A DNA stretch of 63,294 bases, filler included, from Intoshia linei (Eukaryota; Animalia; Orthonectida), in NCBI GenBank assembly GCA_001642005.1. It is 7 parts of 7 records of this genome, joined end to end, with 100 filler letters (N's around TTAATTAATTAA, not from the genome) between each part and the next. Parts side by side here need not be neighbours in the genome. Positions count along the whole stretch, not along the records: positions 18,887 to 28,369 come from LWCA01001362.1; positions 28,470 to 44,148 come from LWCA01000899.1; 5 more parts are not named here. One strand, written 5' to 3'. Position 1 is the first letter of the stretch, and the number at the start of each line of letters is the position of its first letter. A model generated the notes under the pieces. The model had not been told where the DNA came from, did not search any database, and worked only from the letters and a program-made list of their open reading frames with translations. Of the stretch, positions 26,530-40,990 are shown piece by piece. Made by a program: the position numbers and the translations under genes.

Positions 26530-28042
26530 ATGTACGAATACCGTCTTTCGAGAATCGACGACAGATGTAGTCCTATAGGAAATGACAAAGAAGCTGAACC
26601 AGAATTACAATCACTGGGTCAGAAAATCGATTATAATGCAGACCGGATAGACAATGGGTTGATACGTGAAATTTGCTGTGACAAGGACGTGAGCAATATA
26701 AATTTTATCGATTATCCCGTTATACAAAAAAAATATTTGGAGACATCCAAAAAAGAAAATTTAAAAATTCCAGATTTAACACCAGCATATCCATATTTGG
26801 ATCCTAACCAAAACTCTAAAAAGGAGGAACCAGATATACCACCTACCTATAATTTTGATAAACCAAATAATAGAAATTTAAACCATTGTCAACAATCTAC
26901 TTCGCAGATGGATCAATTACAACCGTGTAAAAGCAAAACTTTTGGTCCGAGTACTCAATCTTATTATTATCCGGATACCGCCAAATCTGACGAAAAACAA
27001 AATTCATTAAATCAAAATAATTTCACTTCGGTACATGATCAAGGGTACTATTCTGTAATCTCGTCCAATTCATGTGATAAATCGAGGAATTTTCAATCCA
27101 AAGCTCTTCATAGTAGTGTCAATGAAAAACCAGATTTTTTTCAGTCTACTCCAAAGATTGTTCCACCCAAAAACGAGTTCATGTACGATGATTTACTTTC
27201 ACTGCCACTCGGACACTCCCCGTCCGCTTTAGTTTCGAATATGCGACAACAGTTTCCGAATGTTCCGTCTCCAATATATAAAAATGAACGCCGATTTTAT
27301 TACGATCTAGATAAATCCACCAAATGCAACCAAAAACTCAAGAATGAAAGTATGAGAAATTCTTGTTCTCGTGGAGAATATGACACCAATGTTCCTAGAA
27401 CTTGTTTAAACGGTAAACCAAATATTAAACTAGATACTGCAACTCCACCGCATTTGTTAAATTTGGACAACCAAAAGGGATACAATCCTTATGCTCCCGT
27501 TCGAAACGATGTAAATTACTCTCCGTTTCAACATCATCTTATGCAACCTCCAAAATCCATATTTAATATGAACGCACCATCCAATCTTGATTTAAATTTC
27601 CGTAATACACCCCACTTTGAAAAAATTAATGAACGACTCAACAGTATCGACAATCTAACTATCCCAGACATGATTCAACAGGAAAGATTACAACACCAAA
27701 TTGATGCCAATTTTAAACCTATTGATGGATCTTCATTCATCTTTAAAGTTCCTAAAAATATGTCATTAAATCAATACATTGATTGTGTTTATATTAATGG
27801 TTCCATGGTTTATTCTCTACATCCCATGTGTCAGCTTGTTCGTGATCTGCGAGAATGTGATTGTCATTTTTGGCAAAACAGTTTTCCCTACAAGTTGGTT
27901 ACAAATTTACCTGTTGATTTTCAGCATTTACTCCAAAATTTTAAAAGATCACACTATCAAATGTTTATAAATTATATGGGAAATAGTGCAATTGGAGACG
28001 AACTTACCGAAGTTGCCAGATATCTCCATACCTCCATTATCA
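26530..28042 (+). CDS. Large exon of a putative TALE-class (MEINOX-like domain) transcription factor; long Pro/Asn/Ser-rich N-terminus; downstream exons not found
   Basis: 1.5-kb open frame in AT-rich DNA; acceptor ttttaatag at 26529, donor ATCA|gtatgt at 28043. C-terminal VYSLHPMCQLVRDL..SFPYKLVTNLPVDFQHLLQNF..NSAIGDELTEVARYLH resembles Meis/Prep HPLFPLL..F..NPELDNLMIQAIQVL. Candidate upstream exons at 25804-25851 and 25920-25965. Confidence 0.6.
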
Positions 28043-30035
28043 GTATGTTATTTCATTTTATATGGTACCTATCAGTGTTGAAATATTCTTATAAGTTACA
28101 AAAGAGAAAATTCTGGCTTTTTACCCTGAAGGGCTCAAATTCGGAAATTGAAAAATAGATATAAACACGCTCGTGAAAAACCGCATTAGAAATTGGGTTT
28201 TTTAATTCACGACTCGATTTTTTAAATAAACGGTAACACACACAGACATTCAATTGATTCTTCCTTTGTAATTTTTTTGCAACACAAAAATTTAATTATG
28301 ACCCTATAAGTAAGTAATTGGGAAATTATCGATTTTTTTTAAATCTCGCGAAATATATCAGGATTTCCCNNNNNNNNNNNNNNNNNNNNNNNNNNNNNNN
28401 NNNNNNNNNNNNNTTAATTAATTAANNNNNNNNNNNNNNNNNNNNNNNNNNNNNNNNNNNNNNNNNNNNTTTTTATTTTATAGTTGGTAAATTTAATATA
28501 ATAATTTAAATATATAATGATTAATTAATAAATAATTTTATTATCCACTCAAAAATATTAAGTTTTTTAACAGAAACATCTAAGCAAACATTGAAATTTT
28601 GGTAAAAAATTTTGCTAGATACAGAAAATTGATTAATTTTAAACTAAAATGTAAAAATGATATGTATGCAGTATTTAATATGCATCAGTCAATTCAGTTT
28701 CAAATGAACAATGCCCGATACAATTTTCTATAATAAATAATTTTATTTTAATTTTTCTAAAAAAATACAATAAAAAATACAAAATAGATAAAAAAATCAG
28801 TATGTTGAGGAGGTTAGATCATTTTCTTTAGTTTGATATCCGATTTATATATTTATCAGATATACTGTATAACATACATAATCTAAATATATTTAAACTT
28901 ATCAATATATTCTACCTTAGAGTGTTACACTGTCAGCGTATATTGGTTAATATTATTCATGTAGTGCGTAATTAATAGAGATATAATTATTTACTAAAAT
29001 ATCAAATTTCGATATGGCCAAATTTTAGTTTACGCTTTGTTAAATTTTGAGATAAAATAAAAGTTTCTAAATAAATAAATAATACTATAATAAGTACGTT
29101 GCTATATTAATAAATTTATCAATAATTAAATTGTCGAATGTGAACCACTTTATGGTTCACGACACCACGAAAATTTGCTTCTTTGCTGTTGGTTTATCAT
29201 ATTAATATTAATGTATTTGATATATTACCTTATAACAAGAATTTAATATTTTATGTATTATATTTATCAATCCGTTACAATAATATTTATTTACAAAAAA
29301 AATTATTTTTTAACATAAGTCCTTATTTTAAAATAAGTGCTTTCGTCAACTTGACCATACAGTATTATAATATATACTTTATAGTGCATATTTTTTTTTA
29401 TCAATAGTAAGTAAATAATATACTACATAAGGAATATAATTTAATTTAAAGATAATCAAATTAAATTTAACATATAACATACTTAGATTTTCAAAGTTTT
29501 AAAAATTAAAAAATGTATAAAATGTTCTACAATTCTATCAGTTTCAATATCTTAATTTTAATGTTTTTAGTCTAATTCCAAAAATAAAAATTTTAATCTA
29601 TGAAATTTACATATAACATTTTGGGTTAACATTTTCTGTATAATTAACAACACTCAGTCATTTAGTTTTTATTTGAAAATTTGAACTTTTTTATTAGAGG
29701 TTTTTACATTATATATTGAAAAAATTCTCCATAAAAAAAATGGCAATTTTTGAGATTAATTATGTTATAATACCACAATTGTTATTTTACATGCATCCAA
29801 AAATTTTTGTCTAATTTTCACACTATTTTAAATATGTCTTGAGTCTGACGTGAATTGTTTATATCAATTTAGACGATAGTAATCATTTTATTATTATTAT
29901 TAATTACTTTCTTATAAATAAATATAGATTAGGCTCTTAATTATGTTTAATGAAACTCTAATTATACATGATGAACTAACCGTCATTGATTCACTGATAA
30001 GCTTGACACCCTAATATACATTTTACAATATAAAT

Positions 30036-30725
30036 TAAGGTGTGTCCTAAAACACTTTTTCGAAACAATGCAAAAGTAGCTAACGGAGAAAGATGAAACG
30101 TTTTATTGTGAACAAGACGATGTGCTTGAAATTGTCTAACTCTCAAAAAAACCCTTAACTTTTTGCATTTTAAACTAATTTTTAATACAATTTTTCAAAA
30201 ACGAACACGAACTTTATAAAAAAAATATTGGTGTGGTAACGATGTGAATTCATGCGTATAAATAGTATATGTAACATTTGTAAATATATATAATGCCATG
30301 GTTATCACAGTTTATCAGAAATCTTTCTCAATATTACCCTATTTTACCCAAAAATTTATAAAAAACAGAATTTATAGGATAGAGGGTTTCTTGGGGTTTT
30401 TTTATAACAATTATGACATTTAAAGTACATGATCTTGTTCGCAAGAATTTTTTTTATATTTGTATTTGGCTACTTCTGTGAATTTAGTTAATATAACTAA
30501 TTAGCAGTGAAAATAATATTGATCAATTTTATAAAAAATTAAAAATTTTTTTTTTTTAATTTTAAAGTTTATACGCGATTTATTAAATTTGTAGAACCCT
30601 GAAGTTTAAAATTAATTTATATTGGATGGGGATTTGAGGATTTATTAAATATATTGCATAATATTTTACAAAAAATTTTTGGATTAATTTTTTTTATTAC
30701 TATTTTTCAAATAATACACACCTTA
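30036..30725. mobile_element. hAT-type MITE
   Basis: TIR taaggtgtgt / acacacctta; 8-bp TSD atataaat / atatacat. Confidence 0.65.
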
Positions 30726-33700
30726 ATATACATTCTTATATATATTTATAATATATATTTGTATGTACTCTCTAAAATAAATAGATAATGAGATAATAGC
30801 TACTACTTATAAATATACATGTACAAACGTTATATATTTTTATAATCCAAAACTGAGAAATGTGACTCAGAAAATAATGTTATTTATGACAATGAATTTT
30901 ATAACGGTAACATTATTTTAGTAGGTAAAAAATTTTTTGTAAGAATATACAGAATATTGTCAATATTAAAATAAATAGATTTAAATATTATATATTTGCT
31001 ATATAATAATAATTATGTAATTTAACATATTAGCTTGTAATATCAATGATTATTTTTATAAATTAGATAACTTTTCATTAATAATTACTAATAATGTCAA
31101 TATTTTTTAATTGACAATAATAAAAATGGTTAAAAACTATTATTATAATGTAATGTATTAGAGCAGTCAATCGCAACGTGATCCACAGCATTTTTTTATG
31201 GTTCATACAAAATTTTCAGTAAAATAGTCAAAAAAATTTTCAAGAGTATTATGCTTTTAAAAAATTTAGTTATACATAATTTACTTAAAAATGGAAATCT
31301 CGGGTTTTCAATGTTATAATAGCAAACTTTCTTTAAATAGCTTAAACTTTAAAGTATGCCATAAACTTCACATACGCCTGTTATGTGATTGTGCTAGTAT
31401 ATTGTATAATAGACAATGTATAATTATTATGGTATATGACAGAGGTCCATTACTTTTTTCACTGAGAGATTTTCTTATTTCTTAGAATTTATTCAAAGCT
31501 ACTTCAAACAAAATTACAGATCGAAGGTCAACCCTAATAAAATAATGATGGAAATGTATAGACTGAATTTTTTTTATTTAAAATACATAGTAAATATCAC
31601 GAATTATTAGTGAGTAATATTATAATATTATTATAACAGCTCATAAAAATGTATTTTTAATATATATACATGTGTAATACACATTTTTTATAATATATTA
31701 TTATAATTCATAAAATTATTATTAATCATACACATTTATCAAATTTATATATACAATCAATTGTTTTTTATTACATATTATTATAGTACTTAATTAAATA
31801 GTTGGTAATAAAAATATAATGTTGTAAGTACATTTATCGTGCGTATGTGTAATTTATTGATTAGTTTATTTTTGCATATTAATATAGCCAGTAATTTTAT
31901 ATTTATATACGCTTATTATTATACATGTATACATAATGCGTGTTTTATGTACTGTATAATAACATTTTTACATTTTAAATATTAAAATGAATAAATAATT
32001 ATTTATTAATGAATTATATAGCTTGTAAATTACCAATTAATATAATTAATATTTTAACGAGAATTTAATTTTTTAAATTGACGTTTTAATTTATAAATTA
32101 TTGAAGATTGATATGGTTACATGTGATAATTATAAGTTTTACAAGTACAGTCTAAGACTTAGACTCTAAGTCGTACTGTTTCGAGTTGTACCATTGAATC
32201 TAATTAATTTTTTAAATTTTAGTTTGTAAACATAATTTTGCATCAATAATTAAATGATTTATTCTTATTTATTACGTATCAATTCATTTTCATTTACTAA
32301 ATTTAGTATTATTAAATATATTAGATAATATTTTTAAATTTGCGCACTCAAAATTATTAATTATTGATATTTAATTAAATATATAATTTTCTTTCGAAAA
32401 AATAGGTTGTAAATTCAATGTGTTTATTAATGACTGATTTATTATATTATTTACATTTATGTTAATTACATTTGTTTTGTCAAATATACACTATTTAGCC
32501 GAGACAACTCTAAATACGTTAAATATCTTACAGATAAATCTAATTTCGTTAAAAAGCCTTGAGTAAATGAATTATAACATTACTTAGAAACTGTGTATTA
32601 TGAACCAACTTCATATTTTTAAAACCTTTCTAAATTTTTTTTTTATATTTTTTTAAAAAAACTTCAAGAGGTAGTGCATGTTTTTTAAATTTATTCAATA
32701 GCAAAATTGACAAATGTATTTTATTTTTTTAAAATTCAAAGTTGTACAATGAAAAAAACGATTTTACCAAATCTTTGAGAAAATTAACACAAAAGTAATA
32801 CATCTAGAATGTATATAAAATTAATAATATATACTTTTTGCGTATTACTATATATAATTGTAGATAGTAAAATTAAAAAATTATTTTAAATATTGTAATA
32901 TTTTCCTTTAATTGCAAGCAATTGCAATCTTGATCAGATTTTTTTTGGGAAAATGTCTAACTTTGATTTATAAAATATAATTTATGAAATTATTAAGTAA
33001 TAATTTTTTGATATGTAGTAATAAATGAATATATTGCATATTTGGTAATATCATATTACTTATTTAGATAGTAATACAGTTTTTATAATGTACATTAAGT
33101 AATTTATATAAGTATTCAAAGATGAGAAGTAGAAAAATAATTATATACATTTGTATAAGTCTTATTTTAAGTTTGTAAATTCATTTGATACATTTATATA
33201 TTATTTATATATTATACCTGTATTCTGACATGTAGTAGGAGACTCTCAAACTCTGGTTACTCGGATTAATGTCAGAATTTTGTATTTTCATATTTACATT
33301 AATAATTCTTGATGGCAATAATTATTAGATGGTAAACTTGAAATAGACTACTGGACTTTAAATGACTTTAATTATATTATTTTAGAGTTAATGTGTAAAT
33401 AATTACATTAAAATTAAAATTATAGAATCTGTTTACATATACATATAGTGTTTATTAATACATATATGTAAGTATAATGTAGTAGTTTCAGTTAATTGAT
33501 ATCCATGAATAAACCAATAAATCAATATTTTCAGTTACAAATCTACATCATACTGTGAGGAATGGTTTAGAGTTGAAAATGTTTTTCAAATTTAAATAAA
33601 TGTAGTACATTGTACAAAGTTACTCTACATTAATTCAATTACAAATAACGCAATGTTTTATTCTATTTTAATAGCCAGACGTAACGCATTTAATCATAAA

Positions 33701-34747
33701 ATATTTATTCTAATTATAATGTATCATATATATTTCTACATTATCTCATATTTAACAAATAATTTTAAAAAATAATCCATGTAATTATATTATATAGAAA
33801 AATGTATTTTTATAAATATTAATACAATAATTATAAAATAATTGTAAATTTTGTATCTGCATATTTGTATTTTAAACAATTTTTTCTCTTTGGATTCCGT
33901 TTAATTAATTTTAAATAATTTAAAAAATGATTTTACAAATGGATTTTAACAAGATGTATTATATTTATCTGCTCAACAAAATATTATTCGTTAATTTTAA
34001 ACAGCTCACGGTCCATGGTAGTGATTAGGGATTGGAATTAATTGATTGCAACCAATTTAAGTGCAATTAATAGATAAAAATTATTGAAAAAAAATCGTTT
34101 AATTGTTTGTTTAAAAATTATTTTTCAATTAATTAATTTATATAAAATAATTGAAATTAATTGAAGATTGAATTTTCTTGACGATGATTTATTTAATGAA
34201 ACCCCGTTATGTGAGTTTCAATAAACAAAGGTTATCCGATTTTTCCATAATATTTTGATAATACAACATTATTAATGCACATGTTACATATTTAATTATG
34301 TATGTTTTTATTAACATGTAAAGGATGAAACTAGCGAATGGAGAACTATAAGTGTAGAATGAAGTAATTCATAAGTGTTAGACTGAAATATAAGTCTGTA
34401 ATATCTTTAAAAATATCTGTATATTAACGGGTTAATAAGTTGTTGTAGTATCACTTTGAACCAGGATAGATCGAAATGATAAAATTAGTTTATTTAAACT
34501 TCTTCACCTTAATATTGGTAAAAAAGACATTTATATAATGAAACCTCCCAGGAAAATTAATTAACAAAGTTAGGGAATCCATGAGAATCAATTAAAATAA
34601 ACATTTCATCAATTACATAAATTAATAAGAAATAATAGTGAATAAAGGAATTTACCAGATTTTTGAATAAAAATTTAAATTAAAGTGAAACCCATAATTG
34701 TAGTGTATATTCTGTAATATTGTATTTTATGTACAACTTATATTTTT

Positions 34748-35010
34748 AGAAAAAAAGATAGAAGAAGTAAAAATATTAAAAGGTAACATTAAATAGAATA
34801 TATAAAAAATTTCCAAGTTATCGAGGATGACGGACAGCCAGAAATAATCCCGATACAAACGAGAATGATTTGAGTATATTTAAAAATTTTCCCTTCATTT
34901 ATCATTTTTTCAGCGTTACCCTACTGGAGTAAAACAATTTTGGTCCATCATGTGCCTCCCATCCCCTCTCCACGGCCGTTGCATTTGTTGGAATTTAATT
35001 TAATTAAAGT
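34748..35010 (+). CDS. Possible small exons of an unidentified gene
   Basis: AG/GT-flanked, GC-richer segments (EKKIEEVKILK; YIKNFQVIEDDGQPEIIPIQ; LPYWSKTILVHHVPPIPSPRP); no coherent gene model. Confidence 0.25.
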
Positions 35011-35926
35011 AAACATTGTATTAACACAACAATTAAACTGTAAACAAACAAAGAAGTCACTTTGACGTCAATAATTAACAATTAACAATTTTAAATTAAA
35101 AATTGTTCAATTTGCTAAAAGAAATCTTGATCTGCGAACCGAGGCGTACACAGGTCATGGGTTTAAACGTACCTATATCAGATTCTAAAAACATCGCACC
35201 CGTCAATTTAATGATTTTATGAATATTTACATTTATTTATTAATTAATTATAATAAATTAAATATAGTATAATTATTTAAGCCATTCTCTGTCACAAATT
35301 CAAAAAACCATAAATTTAAATTACATATGCTTGTATATGCCATCATATTTATTTTTACGTCATTTTTTAGTTTTAATCGTATATTATCATGAATCATGAT
35401 ACATATTATTATGTCATCGTGTTACATTATTATAGAAAACGTAGAAAATTATAGAAATTCTGATATCTAAAGATAACCCATACTATATTTTAAAATAAGA
35501 AGTAATTACATGTATGTAAAATAGTGCAGATAACACTGCTGAACTTTATCATACGCCCATTTTCAGTCTATCCATGAGAATGAGTCTTGGCTACCATTTC
35601 CTGTAGGTGACTTAAATTGAAGTAATTTTTTTTATATTCTAGAGAATGGCTCATTTACATAATTTTCTAATAATTTATAATAGAAAAAATCAAAAAACTG
35701 AACGAAACTAATAGTAATTATAATATATAGTACTTATATCATAATAATAGTAGTAACATTATAATACTAATAGCAATCATACTTATTATAATTAAATTTT
35801 ATTATCTAATTGCAATTATTATATCTAATGTAACCACCAGTCAGAAGTTTCAATCAAAGTGGATACCCGTTTGAATATAAACGTTTTATTTATTTAACAT
35901 ATTTTTAATAATGGCATTGCAATATA

Positions 35927-37663
35927 CAGTGCGCGCAATAAACATAGGTTCAACTGATTTATATTATTTTTTGGTCTATTAACATTAATTTTCATGAATA
36001 TTTCATCTCTATTAAAAAAGATATTAAAAAGTACGCTTGTTGATACCATTATTTTTTTTCTGTCACTTTTATATGAAAAGTTATCACACAAATCGCTAAT
36101 TAGCCGCGCAATAAACATAGGACACTTCAAATTAAAATCACTTTTTTTATACGATAATCAAATTTAAAAATGTAATTACCATTTTCATTATGTTTATATA
36201 TATAGTATCTTCTCAATAATATATACTTTATTTATTTATGTATATTTTAGCAATGGGCAGAGGTAAACTTTTAACTGATTTTGAAAAGGGTCAAATTATG
36301 GCAATAAAAACTGAAAAGAAATCACACAAATACATTGCTAAACAGATTAAAAGGTCTAGAAATGTGGTATCAAGATTTATACACAACCCAGAGTCATATG
36401 GAAATTCAAAAAGTCCAGGTAGGCCCAAGAAACTTATTTCAATAATGGAGTCTCAGATTATACTTGAGGCTTCAAGCGGTCAATATACAGCTAGAGACAT
36501 CATGCAAAATTTAGAATTAGACTTGAAACTCCGTACGGTTCAACAGGCGATAAGTAATTGTTCCCACCTCCAATGGAGTAAACGACACCATGCACCGGTC
36601 CTTTCAAAAGCTCATAAATAAAATAGGATTTTTTTGCCAGAAAATACGTGGATTTGGGTTCAAATTAAAATTCTGTGATATTCTCAGATAAAAAAAATTT
36701 AATTTGGACGGTCCTGATGGATTCCAGTTTTATTGGCATGATCTACGAAAGGAATAAGAAGTTTACTCTACGCGGCAAAGTGGAGGTGGATCGTTAATGG
36801 TCTGGGAGTATTTTCACAGAAAGGAAAATCCAAATATGCAATTCTGAATGGAAATCAGAACTCTGAGGATTATATTTTTACCTTATCTGAATTTCTACTT
36901 CAATTTTCTCACTTTCATTATGGTACAGATTACATTTTTCAACAAGATAATGCTCCAATCCACACTTCCGGTAAGGTCAAAACATGGTTTGAAGAACATG
37001 CTGTTAATGTAATGAACTGGCCATCGAAGTCTCCTGACCTTAACCCAATAGATAACTTATGGGGAATTTTGGCAAGGTCCGTATACAAAAATGACGCAGA
37101 TGATATTGCCAGAATGGGAAAATATCCATAAAAATGTTATTGAAAAGTTAGTATTGACAATGAAGGATAGATGTCTTGAAGTTGTGATCAATAAAGGAGA
37201 AAAGACACATTATTAAATTGTAAATACATTANTAATGAACTGGCCATCGAAGTATTTTGACCTTAACCCAATAGATAACTTATGGGTAATTTTGGCAAGG
37301 TCCGTATACAAAAATGACGCAGATAATATTGACAGAATGGGAAAATATTCATAAAGATGTTGCTGAAAAGTTAGTATTGACAATGAAGGATAGATGCCTT
37401 GAAGTTGTGATCAATAAAGGAGAAAATACACATTATTAAATTGTAAATACATTATTTTAATTTGAGGTGTCCTATGTTTATTGCGCGGCTAATTAGCGAT
37501 TTGTGTGATAACTTTTCATATAAAGGGCAGAAGAAAAATAATGGTATCAACAAGCGTATTTTTTAATACCTTTTTTAATAGAGATGAAATATTTATAAAA
37601 ATTAATGTTAATAGACCAACTAATAATATAAATCAGTTGGACCTATGTTTATTGCACGCACTG
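35927..37663 (+). mobile_element. Full-length Tc1/Tc3-like transposon with ~210-bp IR/DR TIRs and an inactivated transposase (36253-37215)
   Basis: TA|CAGTG..CACTG|TA; gcgcaataaacatagg twice per TIR; MGRGKLLTDFEKGQI, GRPKK, FSD.KKFNLDGPDG, FQQDNAPIH, WPSKSPDLNPIDNLW; several stops and frameshifts; 3' part duplicated around n37232. Confidence 0.96.
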
Positions 37664-37992
37664 TAGTATATATAGTTGTACATTAAATTGTTTTAATTTA
37701 TAAAAAATACTTTTTCTTTTATCATGAAACCGTTTCGTAGATTTATTTTTTATTTTTTTCACTAAAATTAATTTATCATTTTTAAAAAAATTGAAATTAT
37801 AACTATTTATATATATTATTTTCTCTACAATTTGCCAATTCTTTACATTCTCTTAAATTTTTGAAATTTTAATTTTATCGAAAAGGGGAAAAACTATGAA
37901 AAATTTTTCAATAAAAATTTATAATATACATTTTTTATGTATATGATTTTTCTATTTCCTAAATTGTCTATAGTCTCAAAGGAATGAAAGTC

Positions 37993-38451
37993 TCAAGTAG
38001 AGTCTACAAAATTGGCGAAATAGAGAGAGAATATAGTACATTTATTTTTTTTCAATTTGATTGTTTCGATAGATTGAATGTGAACATTTTTGGAGTTTGG
38101 AGAATAGTTTGTCCCAATATTATTACTAACAGAAAAATGTAATCTTTGGTTATCAATAATTGGAACTGCTCTAGTCCAACTAGAGTTTTTTAAAGCATTT
38201 TTTTGCTTTTGCTTTTCTTTCAATTTATGTAATTTCTATGAATAAAAAGTTTTCATAAATTGGATACTTTTAAAAAAACCAAAATACTTACAAAATTCTG
38301 AACAATTTTTTCAAAGTTTTCTTGACTCTCCAAAATAAAAATTTTTTGTCTTCTTTTGGAATAATCAAGGTGAATTTGAGTAAGACGTTTCTAATAAGGT
38401 ATAGAACGCATAAAAGAGAAGCAAACATACCTGCCTTTCGGGAAAATTCAT
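37993..38451 (-). CDS. Small orphan multi-exon protein (~110 aa)
   Basis: MNFPERQ | KRLTQIHLDYSKRRQKIFILESQENFEKIVQNF | KLHKLKEKQKQ..KLKKNK | YST*; canonical GT-AG introns keep the frame. Confidence 0.55.
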
Positions 38452-39149
38452 GGTGGAATTTTAATTGTAATGTTTAATGTATGGAGAATATTTCAATCAC
38501 TATTTAAATCAATATTCTAAATTACATTTAATTCAAATAATAATTGATCATACAGTTGGAATCATCATTGTTTTTAATTGAAATTTTAGTGTACATTCTA
38601 CATATTTAATGAACATGACGCTTACTTTTGTAAGTATTCTGGGTATGTAGGTTCATTTAAACAAATGGTTTTATATTGTTAAAATTACGATGTATTGTTA
38701 AAAATGCAAATATTTACTTGATCTATAATCATTGTTATTCTAATGGCACAAATGTTTCATTTTATCTATACAATTAGATTTCTGCTTTTATTTATTCTAC
38801 ATTTGTTTATATTAAAATATAAATGGAATGGTATGATTTATGTTTTTATGTTATTTGGATTATAATTATAATATCCACAAAATGTTAAATTTTTTTTTTA
38901 AGGGTTTACTTTTCATTTACACGTAATATGCATTTTTTTAATTTTTTAGTGTATAGCTTATTATCTCGGTAGTTTTTAATGTGAAACACATGTTCAATAC
39001 TTCGATTTTACTCAGATATATCGATATACTCATTAAGCAATGTATACTTTTTAATTAGTTTGATTTTAACCATTATTTGTTTGTATTATAATAAAAGTTT
39101 ATAATTTAAAAATTACTGTTCTTTTGTGATCATTTGATCAACTCTTTAT

Positions 39150-39720
39150 ATTGTAATTATACTACAATTGTGGTGGTAAAATCGACCAGGTATATTTGAA
39201 GGAAATTGAAAGAATAAAATCGTGTTGTAAAGATGAATTAATATTTATGATGTAGGATGAAACCGATTTAAACGATGTTAAATATATAAATTTAATTGTA
39301 AATACTTTGAAAAACCCCCAAAATTTAATGCTGTTTGACTGTAAAATGATTAATACAAACATGAATGGTCAAATTGTATCTATGATAGGATTATATAATG
39401 AATTAATCGGATATACATCTATATTAGGTGTTATTGACATGGCAAAAGAGTCTTTTACTATTAATCAAACATATGATACAATAAAAAAAATACAATTTAT
39501 TTCCGACCCATGTGAAATACAACTATATATAGAAAAAAGAATGATATCGATTAAATTATGTTAGCTATGGATCAGTCTAAACCTCCTTTATTGTACAGCC
39601 AATTAAGAAATGGCCCTTCAGCTTCTAAGGGTGTAGAAAGAAGTTTTAGCATGCTGAAGACATTACTCAAAAACAAAGGAATTTGTTATCTAGTAACGTT
39701 AAAAAATATTTAATATTGTA
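39150..39720 (+). mobile_element. Decayed hAT-like transposase fragments
   Basis: LIFMM*DETDLNDVKYINLIVNTL..LFDCK (first catalytic Asp region) and VERSFSMLKTLL (hAT C-terminal dimerization motif). Confidence 0.65.
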
Positions 39721-39799
39721 CCATAATAAATCCTTAAATCTTAAATAATAATAAATTAGAATTGTATTTTGATAAATTATATTTTGACGATTTTTGAGA

Positions 39800-40512
39800 T
39801 TAGAAAAAGTTTGCCTTAGTTATATCCATTTAAAACATACAAAAAATTTTAATGTGACAAATTGACGCTTTCAAAATGAAAATCCCCATTTTGAGTCATA
39901 AAATTATTAAAAATACACAATCTAAAAAAAAATTTAAAATCATCAACATTATAATAAACTGCAACTTCAAAAAGCTACATTTTTACGATCAAAACGCAAA
40001 TTACCATTCTTTTTAAAATTTTTAAAAAATGAAAATAATCCTTGAAATTTTAAAATAATTACAACTAATAGTTATATACACATATATGTAATTAAAACAT
40101 TTTAATGTGAAAAAGTGCACTTCACGGTCAAAAAAGCACTATTATATCCTTTTTTAAATTCTAGGGATGTTTTCATTAAAAAAAGAAGAGTAATTTTGGG
40201 TTTTGGCTTTGAAGATATAATTTTTTTAATTTTAAAGTTATAATAATGTTTATGATTTTAAAATCCGTATCAGCGTATATATTTTTTTTAAATTCTCCAA
40301 CTCGTTTGATTTTCAAAAAAAGGACAATTGGGGGTTTTGACCAAAAACATAAGATGTGAGTTTGGGAGGTTGAAATTAAGTTTGCTAACACCCCCGGAAA
40401 AAACTGTAATTGAAATGTGGACTTTATAAAATGCTAAGACGGGTAGTTATTTAAATAAAGAACACATACACACATGAACAAAAATCGCGTTGCATATTAT
40501 ATACATTGTAAG
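39800..40512. mobile_element. Two Helitron-like repeat copies in opposite orientation
   Basis: cttcacggtcaaaaaagcact at ~40120 is the reverse complement of the family motif; 40160-40512 matches 21862-22251 and 54400-54760. Confidence 0.55.
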
Positions 40513-40990
40513 TTAAAATAAATTGTGGGATAGTTTTTAATATCAAAACCAGAGATTATTCTTTTTTTAGAAAAACTCAGTTGAGTTATGTCCAGTATAC
40601 ACAGAAAGTTTAAACCTGACGCCTCGATAGTTACACTATAATATTAATTTTTTTTATTTCGAACCCATTAATTTGTAAAACAAAAAATTTTAAATAATTA
40701 ACGGCATACAATTAAAAAAAAATTATTCTCATACAGCTTATTACAATTGAAAATTATTCAAACAAAAAATAAATTCCAACGTGACTTTAACTGTTGTTAC
40801 GAGTCCTATAATGCGAGTCGACGATAAAGTTTGCTTTAGATAGATTTTCATGTTCCACACCAGTGTTTCGAAGCGTATGGGTTGATAAGTCGTTAAGTGA
40901 ATTTAAAATGATATAAAATTATATAAATAAACCACACTTGGCAATTTTATAAATACAATAAAAATTTATTTTAAAATATCTACAAAAATT

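Noticed and set aside
37006-37453. Tandem duplications flanking single n characters (also at 8526 and 54485)
   Set aside because: Typical unmerged overlapping contig ends or haplotypes, so probably assembly artefacts
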